A stretch of DNA of 64,000 bases, taken from contig MNCI01000310.1 in assembly GCA_015680685.1 (NCBI GenBank), positions 183,220 to 247,219 of the forward strand, in the 5' to 3' direction. Source of the DNA: Gnetum montanum. Taxonomy: Eukaryota; Plantae; Gnetophyta. Each line of letters opens with the position of its first letter. Positions within the stretch are counted from its first letter, which is position 1. The position numbers and the translations under genes were made by a program. This document shows positions 1-12,339 of this stretch, piece after piece. Below the pieces are notes generated by a model. That model had not been told where the DNA came from and searched no databases. It saw only the letters and a list, made by a program, of their open reading frames with translations.

Positions 1-150
1 CATATTCAGCCAATTACTACTTAGTATAGTCAGCCAACTACTACAAGTGTAGTCAGCCAATTACAACTCAACATAGTCAACTAACTATTTACCAGCATAG
101 TCAACCAACTACTACCAGTGTAGTCAGCCAACTCCTGCTAGTGTAGTTGG
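1..150. repeat. ~23-bp minisatellite (tagtcagccaactactaccagtg) within an LTR; second array at ~2220-2375
   Basis: About 6 diverged tandem copies are visible directly. Confidence 0.8.
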
Positions 151-796
151 TATTTGTGGTAAGTCCAAAATAAACTATACCCACAAAACCCATCCATTTA
201 CTATCAATAGTAAATAAGATTTTGTTACTATGTTGAAGGCTTTGGAAATGAGAAATGAAAAATTATTGGGATATAGAAAGAAGGATAGAAACTGTAGAAA
301 TGATGAAACTCGTTCGAAAGTGTCATGCTCGATGAAGACTGTTATTTGGTCGTTGTTGATTTGGGATGCATACATTGGCTATCACTGGGGAAAAGGCCAT
401 TCCAACAATTCCAACATTACACTTCTTCTACATCTTGGTGGTGACTACACTGACTACTATAGTTACTGTGGCTACTATAGTTACTATGACTAGTATAGCT
501 ACTAAGCCTACTGAAGCTACTATGCCTACTAAAAATGACTCCAGCGTAGTTTGGGCTATACCCATACGAAAACTCATGAAAATGCTATTTTTAACCATTC
601 CAAAGGCATTTTTGGCCTTTCCAAGCCTAGATATGAACATGGGGTACCAATTTCTAGTTCGGAAATGAGGCAGTAACAACTTTTGAAGCATTTTTTAACT
701 CCAAAAAGTTGACAAATGCAAGATTGCAGCTTATGTACTACATATCCTACATTCATCATGGGTAAAAGGATGTAGCAACAAACTTGGCATGTCACA
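1..796 (-). mobile_element. Partial LTR (5' or solo), same family as the LTR at 1343-2986; runs off the window start
   Basis: 1-~770 aligns by eye with ~2230-2930 (shared 23-bp minisatellite, 'atttgtggtaa', 'ccattccaaaggcatt' blocks). Minus strand begins TGTGAC at 796 with no polypurine tract before it. Confidence 0.6.
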
Positions 797-1342
797 TGAC
801 ACATTACCAAGAACTCAAAAGTAAGGCTAAAGCTTTTGAAGAAAAGAGGCAGTTTACAACTTAGTACGCAAAGGCCAACAAAATATTTCTGCAATTGCCA
901 TGCCCATGGGATATACCTGTTTCATCCAAAATTGTTCAATAAGAATGGATAGGACATGATCCATGAATAGAATAACAAAAGCTTGAGGCACTCTTGAATC
1001 GATACCAATTCCAAAAGCTTTATGACAAAGGAAAGAAGCTAATGGAAGAGCCTCCATCGCCTAGAACACGATCTACATCGAGCTACTTCAAATTTTGTTG
1101 TTATCTTGTTATGTAACTCTATAATTTTTTGTAAAAACACCACTATGTCTTTCTAAGCCATGTAAATAATTAGTTAATCATGTCAAGTTAAGTCTACCTC
1201 CCAATTTTGTAAGGGACTCTATCCTCTTTTTATTTTAACTCAAGGATGAGTTTTCAGTTAGTTTTGGCAGTATGATAAAGTCAATTTTTGTTGCATTACA
1301 ATATCATATTTATGATATCATATCTACAAAATGCAATGGTAT

Positions 1343-2986
1343 TGTTGGAGCTAGAAATTTCAATTACTAGAATGGAAAAATCGAAAGATCCAAGCACCAA
1401 AATAGTCTTAACCCTAAATTCCAAGGGCCTTTGAAAAATGGTATTTAGGGTATCCTAGATGGTCTTGTTGATCACCTAGGGACTTAGAAAATGTAAACAT
1501 AAATAGCTATGGAAACGTAGATAAAATCAAAAATGAAAATGAAAAAAAAAATGAAAACGTAGATGGATTTGGTCAAACAGAAATGGAAATAGAATTACAA
1601 TTATAGAAATAAATGTAAAAATGAAACAACAACAAAAAATTTACATAGCATGAACAACCAAATTTATATAAAAAATATAAAAGGATTGGGTTCACGATGT
1701 ATAGGCATGTTTCTAGGGACATAGGAAGTTATTTGCTGAAGCATGAAGTCTATTGGAGATGGCTACCTCCATGATCTAGTTTCTTCCTAGCTTTAGTTTT
1801 CTACAACTTTTTGACAGTTTCCACTAAGTTTGCAATAGTTTTCTAAAAATTTTTGTCATTTTCCACCAAGTTTGTAACATGGGAATGGGATTAGTTTTAC
1901 ATCTTTAATGCAATGATAGTTATGTGGGGGTGTCTATGCCTAGTGTAGTGCTAGTTTCTACTACTATAAGTGTATTTGGGTTACTAGGGTTGTAATGGGC
2001 TTTGGGTGATGGAGAAATGGGAATTGTGTTACTACCAATAGGTTATGCCAATGCCAAAGTGCTTGAAATGCTATATAGGATGCCAAAAATTCCAAACATT
2101 CGGAACCTAGCAATGGTGTTGACATTGGATATTTATAGGTTTAGGGTTACCATTTTTGGATCTACTGTTGAGTTTCATTGACTACTAACAGAGTGGCATT
2201 GATTGTGGGTTTGTAATAGTTACTACTATCAATGCAATTGGTCAACTACTACTAGCATAGTTGCCAAGTACTACCAATGTAGTCTACTAAGAAATGTCAA
2301 TGTAGTCAGCCAACTACTATCAGTGTAGTCTGCTAACTAATGTCAACATAGTTAGCTAACTACTGTTAGCATAGTTGCCATTTGTGGTAAATCTAGAATG
2401 GACTACATTCACAAAAGCCATCCGTTTGATATAAATAGCAAATAGGTTTTTGTGACTACACTCAAGTTGTTGAAAAATGGAACAAGAACTGGAAATTGTA
2501 GAAATGGTATAATTTTTCAGAAAAAGTTGTTCATGGTGGTAAATGCCATCTACATTGGCCATTGTTGACTTGGAATGACTACATTAGGTGTTGTTGGAAA
2601 ACCAGAAAAATTCCACCATTGCACTTCTGTTGGGTCCTAGTGGTAACTACACTAGCTGTAGCTACTATGACTATTGAAAGTGTAGTTTCAATGACTACTA
2701 AAAATGGCTCCAATGTAATTGGGGCTATACCCCTACCAAAAACCATGAAAATGTTGTTTTTGTCCATTCCAAAGGCATTCTTGACCTTTCCAAGCCCAAA
2801 TATGGACATGGGATACTTATTTCTAGTTAGGAAACAAGGACATAACAACTTTTGGAGCATTTTTTGACTCTAAAAAGTTGAAGTATGTAAGATTGTAGCT
2901 CATGGGCTACATATCTCACATTTACAATGAGTCCTTGTCCCAAGTTAAAAAATGAAGGTTGTAACATGAAATTTGGTGGTGTTTCA
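1343..2986 (-). mobile_element. 3' LTR of Tat-type element C
   Basis: Minus strand begins TGAAACACCACCAAATTT just after PPT AAAGAGGGGCCA, as in elements A and B. It ends ...gggttaagactat...attgaaatttctagctccaaCA, similar to the end of the element B LTR. Confidence 0.7.
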
Positions 2987-5050
2987 ATGGCCCCTCTTTG
3001 TTGATATTTGGAGGATTGACCTAAGAGACATCAACAAAGAATACAAAACACCATTGTAGGTCCATTACCAATGTTCCTTCTCTGTGCTTGATCTAGTAAT
3101 GTTGAACCATCCCTAAGAGTGCTTGTGATGATGAGATAAGGCTATGATGAGAAAATAGCAAAGAGGTCATCAAGAGATGGTTATGAGGACTAACAATGCA
3201 TTCCAAATGGTGGCATCATGGCTATAGTGTGGTATTAACATGTTTTGAAGTGTTAGTCACTAGGCAAATATGTTTGAGGGCTAAATCACTTTGCTCCAAG
3301 GTTTCTTTAGTCATTAGGCTTTGAGGATTCATTGGCCATCTGGCTTCTTGGCAATTTGCTTCCCCCAATTCTTTTGGGGTGAAACCTTCATTAGGTTTCT
3401 TTGCTAAAACTAGTTCAACTTGGTTTTCCCATCAAATGAGATGTATTACACTCAATGGAATAGATGGTTTCCCATTGAATGAGGTTTGTTACATTCAATG
3501 AACTTGAAGGTGAAGCATAATGAAAAAATGTTGCATGGCTATAGTGCATGAATGTTAAACATCATTCAAAATTACTATCCAAGGTTAGGAAGGTTATATT
3601 CAAGTTACAAGGTTGGGCTTAAAGAGTGATGCTAGATGGAGGGTAATGGTACAAGCACTCTTGACAAAGCAAGACAAACTCACCAAATCTTACATATCAA
3701 GGTCATGTAGTGACTTTCTACCATAATGAATTGCACCCTTACGATGGTCCAAGGCTTTATCTTGTAAACACAACTCTAAGACGAAAAGAAAACTAAGCAA
3801 ATCAATCATGTTGTTGAAATGAAATGCAAAAGGCCATGAAGAATAATGCAACATATCTAGTTATCACAAGTCACCGGTGTTGATAGTTTAAGGCCCTGGT
3901 AGGCCATGGTGCCATTTTAAGGTCTTAGTGGATCATGGTGCTAGTTTAAGGCCTTGACAGGCCATGTTGCCAATTTAAGGCCTTGGCAGATCGTGGAAAG
4001 ATGTCCCTCTATCGTGCAAAAGGTGTTGTGTAGGCTTTCTTATCGTAGGCCATCGAAATCGTCAATATCAGTTAGTCATTCGTTGCAACCTATCCACAAT
4101 AGTAAAGAACACTACAAGCAAGCATGTGAGTGTTAAATATAATCAAGGATATGTAATGGCTTTAGTGTTGCATAACAAGGGCTTACTAAGGTCATAAACA
4201 GGCTTAAGGTTTGGTGAGGAACTTGGTCCTATGTGTTTTCTCCTCATCATCATGGTCTTAAATGGGAACTTTGACTAAGGGAGCCTTCGTGATGTGTCAG
4301 GCATCAAGGTCAATGGTCATTAGGCTACTTCAGGATGTCAATGTTGTATAGTTAAATGGTTTCAAATGCTTAGGTCATCTTGGCTTGACAACACCACAAG
4401 GGGCCCATTTAGGCTTTGAGGCTAGACCAATTTGTTCTCTTATCCTCATAGTTCAATCTTGCATGACAACATAAGCACATAAAGTGGCACCCATGTAATA
4501 AAATTGTCAAATAATATGAAAAATATTGTAAAATACATTAATAATAATGCATATATGAGCCAAAACACATCGACTCAAAGGCCAAACAAGGTTAAAACAT
4601 GGTCAATAAATGTTATAATAGGTGGGTTAAGGCAAATAGGGTGTAATAAAAGGGCCAAATGACATATGATAGGGCCAAAAAAGGTCAAAAAATGATGTCA
4701 AATAAGGTCAAATAAGGCTATGCTAATGTTAACTAACATTAATTAATGTCAAACCAAACCAACCAAGGCTTGAACAATGCCACATTATGGAAGAATGCAA
4801 TCCAACGAGGTCACATTTTGTCAGTTTTAGGCCTTGGTAGGCTGTGGGGTTGCTAGTTTAAGGCCTTAACAGGCCATGGTAGAGGTCTTTTTTAATGGTA
4901 AGATCATTGTGAGGCAACAAGGAAAGTGAAAGTTGGTAAAACCATGTTAAATGAGGCAAAATCAAAGTAAAATTGAAGAAATATAATACAAAGATATGGC
5001 AAATAAACAAGGTCCAAAGTAGCATTATATTTAAAATAACATTTTTAATA
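2987..5050 (-). mobile_element. Internal 3' part of non-autonomous Tat-type element C (PPT, 3'UTR, hairpin arrays, intron-like AT-rich region); no RT/INT seen; 5' part missing
   Basis: PPT at 2988-2999; 'tgtaac..a.ctcat...gggaaa' motif twice at ~3420-3500; motif arrays at 3881-3990 and 4820-4880; 'atgggtgccacttta' at 4480-4494. All have counterparts in A and B. Confidence 0.6.
3881..3990 (-). repeat. 29-bp tandem array of hairpin motif (stem-GRCCTTAAA-stem), 4 copies
   Basis: 'tttaagg' at 3887, 3916, 3945, 3974; perfect stem TGCCAA...TTGGCA at 3968-3988. Confidence 0.8.
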
Positions 5051-5580
5051 ATAATTTATTATTATCATTATTATTTTAATGCATTTCCACAGATTTGGAT
5101 AGCCATATAACTATACTGCCGTCCGTTCAAACAAGGGGGCCTAATGACATAAACCGCTCAGAATCACGATCATGCGATGTGCAAATCATTTTTTGTTTGG
5201 TAGACATTCTGGTTTGATGCCCTGCTACTCATTTTTTTTCTGCCCATTGGACTCTCCCTACTGACCATTGAGCGACGGTTTACCTGGTTTCCTCTATTGC
5301 ACGCAGGGCTACGCTGCGGTCTTCGGGTCGCTAGCTCCGTGTGGGCTGCTACATTGCATTGCGGATCCTTAGGATTCTAGCTTCCTAGGCCGCTACTGCA
5401 CTGCACTTTGGTGGCTATGGTGGTTGTGGCTCTTCCTCTTGCTGCTCGTGGCCACCTCCGATTTGCTGGGATTTGTTGCTTCTATGAGGCTACAAGCACA
5501 CTGGTGGTGAGGGGTTTCCTACAGTCGGGGTTGCAGAATGATGCTGGGAAAGTGTGCAACCCAGGGGTGGGCAAGTCGTA

Positions 5581-6648
5581 ATGATGGATTCATCAAGTTC
5601 TGCTTTTCCTCAGGGAAGTTCATCTCCCTCACCTCAAATTGATTTTCTTTTATGAGATGATATATTTGAAGCAATTTCTCAAGATTTCGCATCTTGTTTT
5701 ATTTTTTTTCAAATTGTAGGATTCTTACCAAGGTCCCCAGGTTTAAACACTCAAGTCCATAGCCTCCTTCAGCCCCATGGCATTCAGGTTTCTCATGCTC
5801 GATACTACGCTTGTCATTTCGTTTTGGTAGAATTATCTAATGCCTCTCAGGTCGAAAAGGCTGTCTCTCAAAAAAAATTTCCAACAAGGAACGGAACCCT
5901 AATCGCACACACCTAGAGTTTTGAATTTAATGTCAACGACTCAGCTTTTAATATAATTCCTTATTATGTAGAACTGCCCAGTCTTCCACTTATTTTCTCA
6001 TCTATTGAGAGGGACATTGTGAGCACCTTAGGCCCTATTATTTCCAATCATTGTATGGTGATCAATGGAACTCAAATTTGCCTTTATTGTATCAAACTGG
6101 ATATAGCTCTTTGGAAGACCTTATTAACCCTTGTTGCTGGTGGAAAACTCTTCACCCAAAAAGTGAACTATTTTTACCTTCCAAACTCATGTAGCTATTG
6201 TCACAGGGCGTGTCCTATCCTAGCCAGGAAGAAACAACCTGTAGCATCTTAGAAGACTTGTTCCCTAGTCCCACCATTACGTCCACCCTCAGTACCCTTT
6301 AAATTTGGATCTCCTCCCACAACAACTCCTCAATCCTCCTCTCAGTCTAACCCCTCCAAGCTACAGAAACCACAGTCAGGTTCTCACACCTCCACCCCTG
6401 TCATCCCTTCAAACGTTGTCAAGGACTCAATCTCGGAGGATGAGTTTGTGGTAAGCAATGGAAGGAAACGAGCCAAAGCTTCCTCTAGTTCTACTCCTCC
6501 CTCCTGGTCCTCTTCCCTACACACTTCCATGGCCCTTGTCCCCACCAAAAACTCCTTTTCCCTCCTGTCAGGAACAAAGGAAACTGATACTTTGACCCCC
6601 GAACCTTCTGTTGACCTCCCATCCAAACTACCCCTCATTTCCCCATGA
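5581..6648 (+). pseudogene. L1 LINE ORF1 (RRM/DUF4283-like region plus degenerate zinc knuckle), with in-frame stops
   Basis: One frame from ATG 5581 reads ...IPYYVELPSLP...QKVNYFYLPNSCSYCHRAC... then a Ser/Pro-rich tail ending PLISP* at 6648, directly upstream of the APE start. Confidence 0.7.
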
Positions 6649-9595
6649 ATCTCCTTTCTTGGAATATTCAAGGCCTTACTGGTAGGCTTCAATGGAAGCA
6701 AGCAGGCAACTTTATATCTAGTCTTAATATGGCCTTTGATTTCATTCTCCTTCAAGAAATTAAGATCCTAGCCAACCTTTTATCCTATTCCACCCATTGG
6801 TTTCTTCCTCACTCCTCAATCCTAGCAACGTCCCACACGAGTGGGAAAGGAGGTGCAACCATTCTCCTCTCACCCTACTGGAAATCTAAAATCCTTCAAA
6901 GTGGTTTTGATTCTAGGCATAGGGTTTCCTAGGCCACCTTCTCATCCCTGCATGGCCCTTTTGGCATTTACTCGATTTATGCCCCAAATGACTCCACAGA
7001 ACGGGCTCTCCTTTGGCAAGAACTTGCAACTTCTCTTCCCCCAATGCCTTGGATTTTCGGGGGAGATTTTAATATGGTTGAATTCCCTCATGATAAGCTT
7101 GGAGGGTTGTTTCTTCAACTTCCCAATCTCGAGTATCATACTTGATCCACCTTTAAGAAAATATTTTACCTCTCAGATGGGGTAGACAATTCCATGTGTT
7201 TTCCCCTCCATAGATTTACTTGGAGCAATCTTCATCTTGGGTAGGCTCGCATCTTCAGCAAGTTAGATAGGTTCTACTTCTCCACCCTTTCCTTTCGCAA
7301 GCCTTCTCTACCACTACAATTCATCACCATGCTAACTTATTCGACCATCTTCCTATCTCCATATCTATGAAGTTTCACGGTAGCCCTGACTGACAAGAAT
7401 TCCATCTTTTCCGACTACACAACAACTGTTTTTCTTTCCCAACTGCACAACTTCTTTTATCCAACCTTTGGAATGCCGAACCTAGGCCCCTAAATCAGGT
7501 GGGTTGGATTAATTGGTGGCATCGTGCTTCATGTCGAGTGCGAAACTTTGCTCGTTCGTATGGTAAAACGATGGCTTCTCGAGCCAAACATGAATACAAC
7601 AAAATTCACCTCACTATTGAACATCTCACTAATAAACTAGCTCAATATCCCTTCAATACTCTAGTTCACGAGGACCTAGCTAGAACATGCGTTGCCTTCC
7701 AACATTGGAAAGTGTATCGAGCACAAAGTACCTTAACTAAAAGTCGGCTCACTTAGTTAAATATTGAAGATGAACACTATAAATAATTTTTTAAATATCT
7801 CAATACTGCTTCCCCTTGGCATGCTATTGACAAAATCTCATGTGATGGTACCACCATTATTGACCACAATAGTATCCTCTCTTTTCTTAAGAACCACTAT
7901 GAAACCCTTTTTGCAACTACCCCAATGGACATCTCTTTGTTCAAGGCTGCCACCCCCGATTATCCTCGCCTTATTAATCCCACTATGCTACAAAGTCTTA
8001 ACGCTGATATCACTCTGGTGGAGCTTCAGGAGGCCTGTTCCAAGTTAAGTCAGGGAAAGGCTCCTGGTTATGATGGGTTTCTCGTAGAATTTTTTCAAAA
8101 TCATTGGGATTTGGTGGGAAAGGATCTTTTGCAAGTCATTAACAAGGCTCTCTTAACTGGTTCCCTTGGGCCCAATCTAAATCAAGGGGTAATTCGTCTC
8201 CTCCCCAAGTCTAGGGATCTAACTAATATCTCCAATTGGTGTCCCATAACTCTTCTCAATGTGGTGTATAAAATTTGGGCGAAGTGCCTTGCCTTACGGC
8301 TGAAAAATATTCTTGGCCAAATCATATCTCCCCAACAAAGAGGATTTGTTCCTGGTAGATATATTTTAGACAATGTGGTCGCGGCGTGGGAAGGTCTCAA
8401 GTGGGCTGAGGATGATGGACAAGATATTCTCCTTGTGAAACTTGATTACGCCAAGGCTTATGAAAACATTAAGTGGGATTTTATCTTGCAGACCATGACC
8501 AAACTTGGTTTTGGACCTAAGTTCTTGCATATGGTGAAATGCTTATTCTCAGATGCTACTGTACGAATTTCCACTACCTTTGGCATTACCTCTCCCTTTC
8601 CAATACATAGGTCTGTGCAGCAAGGTTGTCCTCTCGCCCCTTATCTCTTTATCATCGCATCAGACTTTCTTTGTCATCAAATTAACCTAGACATTCAAAC
8701 TAAAGTTCTCACTGGGGTCTGCCTTTCTTTCTCTCAACAACAGCTTCTCAATATGCACTTCGCTGATGACTCCTTTTTTCTAGTTCAAAACACAACTACC
8801 AATTTGCACCGCCTCTTATTAAGGGTGGAGCAATATTGCACACTCTCAGGTTCCACAATTAATTGGAATAAATCCTCTGTTTATAGCTTTAAGGGAAATT
8901 ACAAACATGTGACCAACTATAATTGGAAACAGCTTCAAGATCAAGAAATCGTTAAGATTCTGGGAATCCCTTTTCGTTTTAGAGGTTCAACATATTCTCT
9001 AGGAGCAGGTTATTTACCGAATTCAAAAGAAACTCGACAAATGGAAAACTAAACCTCTCACACTTGTGGGTAAATACCTTGTTTGTAAGTCCATATGCAC
9101 GTTCACCCATGTGTATTACTCTTTGTGTTGGGCCCCCTCCCAAGCTACCTACCAGAAGCTTGAACGGTTATTCCATGACTTTATGTGGTCCTCCAAGGAT
9201 TTTTAAAAAGGATTTCATCGTGTTGCTTGGAATATTGTTACTCTCCCCAAGAATAAGGGTGGCTTAGGTCTTTTGAACTCCTATAAGCAAGGAATTACCC
9301 TGGTTGCAAAGTGGTTGGTACAGCATGGTTGGTATAGCATTTAAATGCCTCAGATATTATAGGGACCCTCCTCCAATTAAGGCTTCATCAAGCATTTCCT
9401 AAAAATAAGCCCATTTGGAAAGTCATCTATTTCGTCAATTGGATCCTTTCCCCCTCATTATCATTCTTCCAAGATCTCATGTTTTCAAAAGCTTCTCGAG
9501 GGCCTCAAATTCTACACACTCACATTGACTTGACTAACATTAAGATGAACCCTACTATCCTCTCTAGAGTTCCCTTTGGGGTTTGGCATAAGCAT
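6645..9595 (+). mobile_element. Plant L1 LINE ORF2 (APE endonuclease + reverse transcriptase), frameshifted and 3'-truncated
   Basis: MNLLSWNIQGL...LLQE, GGDFN (APE); KAPGYDG, CPITLLNVVYKI, KLDYAKAYE, QGCPLAPYLF, FADD (RT); WNIVTLPKNKGGLG...AKWL near 9230-9320. No poly(A) or TSD found. Confidence 0.93.
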
Positions 9596-9799
9596 CTATA
9601 CAGTGCACGGCGATTAAGGTTTGCACGAGGCCCTGCAGATCCGGGCGCGGCCAAGAGAGGCGACTCTAGATCTGGGCGCGGACACGGTGGACGATGGGGT
9701 TTTCGTGGCATCTGCGCGGCGACAGCGAAGGTTTCCTACTGCGGCGGTGGTGAGGGATGAGGGTTTGAATCTGCCAGGGTTTGTAAATCGCGGCAGCTG

Positions 9800-10075
9800 C
9801 GGTGCGGGTTTTCCGGCAGCCAAGGCAGCAGAATGGCATCGGAAATGCACGCAGCACAAGGGAGGGGTTTGCGGATAGTAAAATACGTCAGTTTCAGTTT
9901 CATATATATTTACGTAGTTACTGCTTTATGTTAAATATGATTGATTTTCATGCAGGGAACTCTCAAGGATGGTACCTATGCCAATATTTCATGAATGAGA
10001 CGGAGATCCGACATAGGAACCTTATTAGGTTGTTTGGTGGCTGTGTGCAGGGAAGAAATTAAAGGATGCTTGTGT
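9800..10075 (+). pseudogene. Fragment of a receptor-like/cytoplasmic Ser/Thr kinase (subdomains I-V), with internal deletions
   Basis: Acceptor 'ttttcatgcag' at 9955 then GTLKDGT, a frameshift/deletion, then YFMNE-TEIRHRNLIRLFGGCVQGRN*RMLV, matching the RLK consensus G.LKDG...EF.NE....I.HRNLV.L.GCCVEG..R.LV. Confidence 0.65.
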
Positions 10076-10858
10076 TAACAACTGATGGTTTTGGATTCTC
10101 ATTAGCAAGTTCGAATTATATTTCAGAGCAAATTTCACCTTTAACAGGCATCTATCCATCCGTGTTCCAGATTTTGAATCTGATCAAAACCGTATATATG
10201 GATTCTAAAGGAATACAAACAATGATATAAAGTTGTTTAGGGATAATCTTACTTTTAAAACATAATTTAATACTTTAGTGTAGGATTTCTTTTGAGAATC
10301 TAAAATTATAGTTTTAAATATCATGATTCAGAATCTTATAAAATCACGATTGGGAATGCCTGTCCAAATTCGATTCTGGTAGTACTGCAACTATGTCGTG
10401 CAGATTGCTTTTATAAACAACATCCAAGTGAAAAATCAGTTTGGGTTCAACCGAAGAAATAATCTATGCATACCGAATTTGTAACGGGTATTTTTAATGG
10501 TTACCCTTACATACATATGGTTTTTTGAAAAAAAAAATATTGACTTTTCAAAATTATCAGCAGAACCTGCGGCAACTGAACTAAAATTTCTAAGACCTAA
10601 GATTAGACTTTAAAAACCACTATGTTTTCTGACTTTATTGAATTGCGGCAAGGGTTGCAACTCTATTATTTTCTCCCATTGTGATATCTGAATTGAAACT
10701 GTCTGTATCATGCTTCCTTGTTTCTATTTTCAGTGGATGATGTTTCAATGAATGATTGGTAGGAAAGGAATTCCACTTTTGACATTTATATTTTAGTATG
10801 GTTCTACCGTGATGTATCGGTTAAGAATACAAGACAGCATTTCCTATACTGAAGACTT

Positions 10859-10922
10859 CCCAGAATAAAGATATGGAAATATGAATCAGGCCCAGAATAA
10901 AGGTATGGAAATATGAATCAGG
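10859..10922. repeat. 32-bp direct tandem duplication
   Basis: cccagaataaag(a/g)tatggaaatatgaatcagg occurs twice with one mismatch. Confidence 0.9.
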
Positions 10923-11292
10923 AAGCATATAATCGGATGACATGTTTGCCAAATTAACCATTAGAAATGACCTGAAAGGTACATATTTTTACAGTTTCCA
11001 AGAATCTCTATCGCATTTTTATGATTTTGGCTTTTCTTTTTCATTAAGAATAACGGTAGCATTGTTAAAGATTCCACCAGATTTCAATGGCAATGTTGCC
11101 TAAATTCTCATCAATTTTGTTTCAAATTTAAAAGAACCAAGTTTTCTCCGAAGAATAGCTTGTCCACCGACATAATTAAATTTAAAATATAGCAGATCCT
11201 TGGGCTGTTACAGGTTACAAATCAAGCTACCCAAGTATGCATTAATGCATTACAACCTGCTGTAAGCATCAGATTTTTCACAAGGTGAAAGT

Positions 11293-12309
11293 TGTTAGAA
11301 ATGGTAAATGTGAAAGTTTTCAAAAATGGTAAAAAGTGCAAGTTTTTTGGAGACAAATAGGCTTATGTCAATCACAATTTTATTTTTTAACTTAACAAAT
11401 TTTGAAAAGTTGTTAGTGGACTACATAGAGCTCAGGGAGGGATTATGCTAGCCCAACATAGTCCTCGTATCCCTCTAACGTAGTCACAACAGCTACCGTA
11501 GTCACAACTGTAACGGCTAAGGATGGTGAAAAATGGCAAAATTTGTTGTGAAACAACTTCAAGTGGAGTTTTAGGGGTTTTTAAAGGTTAATTTCCTTTA
11601 ATTTACATAATTTTTGGGTAGATTTTGTCAACTTTAGGTGGACAATCTTTCATTAGTCTAGTTAACATCAAGATATTTCATTAGTCTAGTTAATATCTAG
11701 TTAACATCTAGATATTTCATCACTCTAGTTAATATCTACTTAATATTTAGATATTTGAAAAATGAAAAAATGGTAAGATTTGACTTAGTTTTTGGTTGTA
11801 AGTTGTATAGTGTAAGGTGTTTTGAAATTGTTAGGAGGTTGATTTTATCAATGTTTGGACAATCTTGTCTTGGCTATCCTGAAATGGACTACGCTGGGGT
11901 AATAAATGGCCTACTACTACACCAGGTTGGTTGAAGAAGTTGCAGATCTTTCGCCTCATTCATTTCCAACTCACATCTCAAGCATCCAAGTTCAATTTGG
12001 ATAGACATTGGTTGGTTCATCTCTTGCAGTTGTGGAAAAGATTTGTACATTCCAGTAACACTCATCATCAGTAATCTCTGCAAGGAAGCTTTCCCTTTCT
12101 ATTTTGAGGAGTCGGCTTTTCCTTTCTATTGTGAGGAGTCACCATTGGAACTCTCTCTATCCTTAATTGAGAGTTTTTTTCCGTTATCTAAGTCTATATC
12201 ATACTATCTTGTAATGAGTTAGCATGGGTGGATGTTTGGTGGTGCCTCAATTCGGGTTTCCTCCCTTAATACTTGTGTCCCATTTGAGCCAAGAGGCTTC
12301 CAAGACACA
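11293..12309 (+). mobile_element. Possible solo LTR or unclassified repeat at the 5' boundary of element A
   Basis: TG start, CA end, internal short tandem repeats (tagttaa(c/t)atctagatatttca) and LTR-like layout; no convincing TSD and no second copy. Confidence 0.3.
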
Positions 12310-12339
12310 AAGAGCTTGTCAGTCGCATTAGCGTAGCAA

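Noticed and set aside
800-1100. Decayed reading frame (...LYDKGKKLMEEPPSP...) between the two LTRs
   Set aside because: Multiple stops and no recognisable family.
175-2867. Paired short ORFs (366-668/2562-2867; 428-691/2579-2860) as a duplicated gene
   Set aside because: They are chance frames in two homologous LTRs containing low-complexity repeats; no protein motif.
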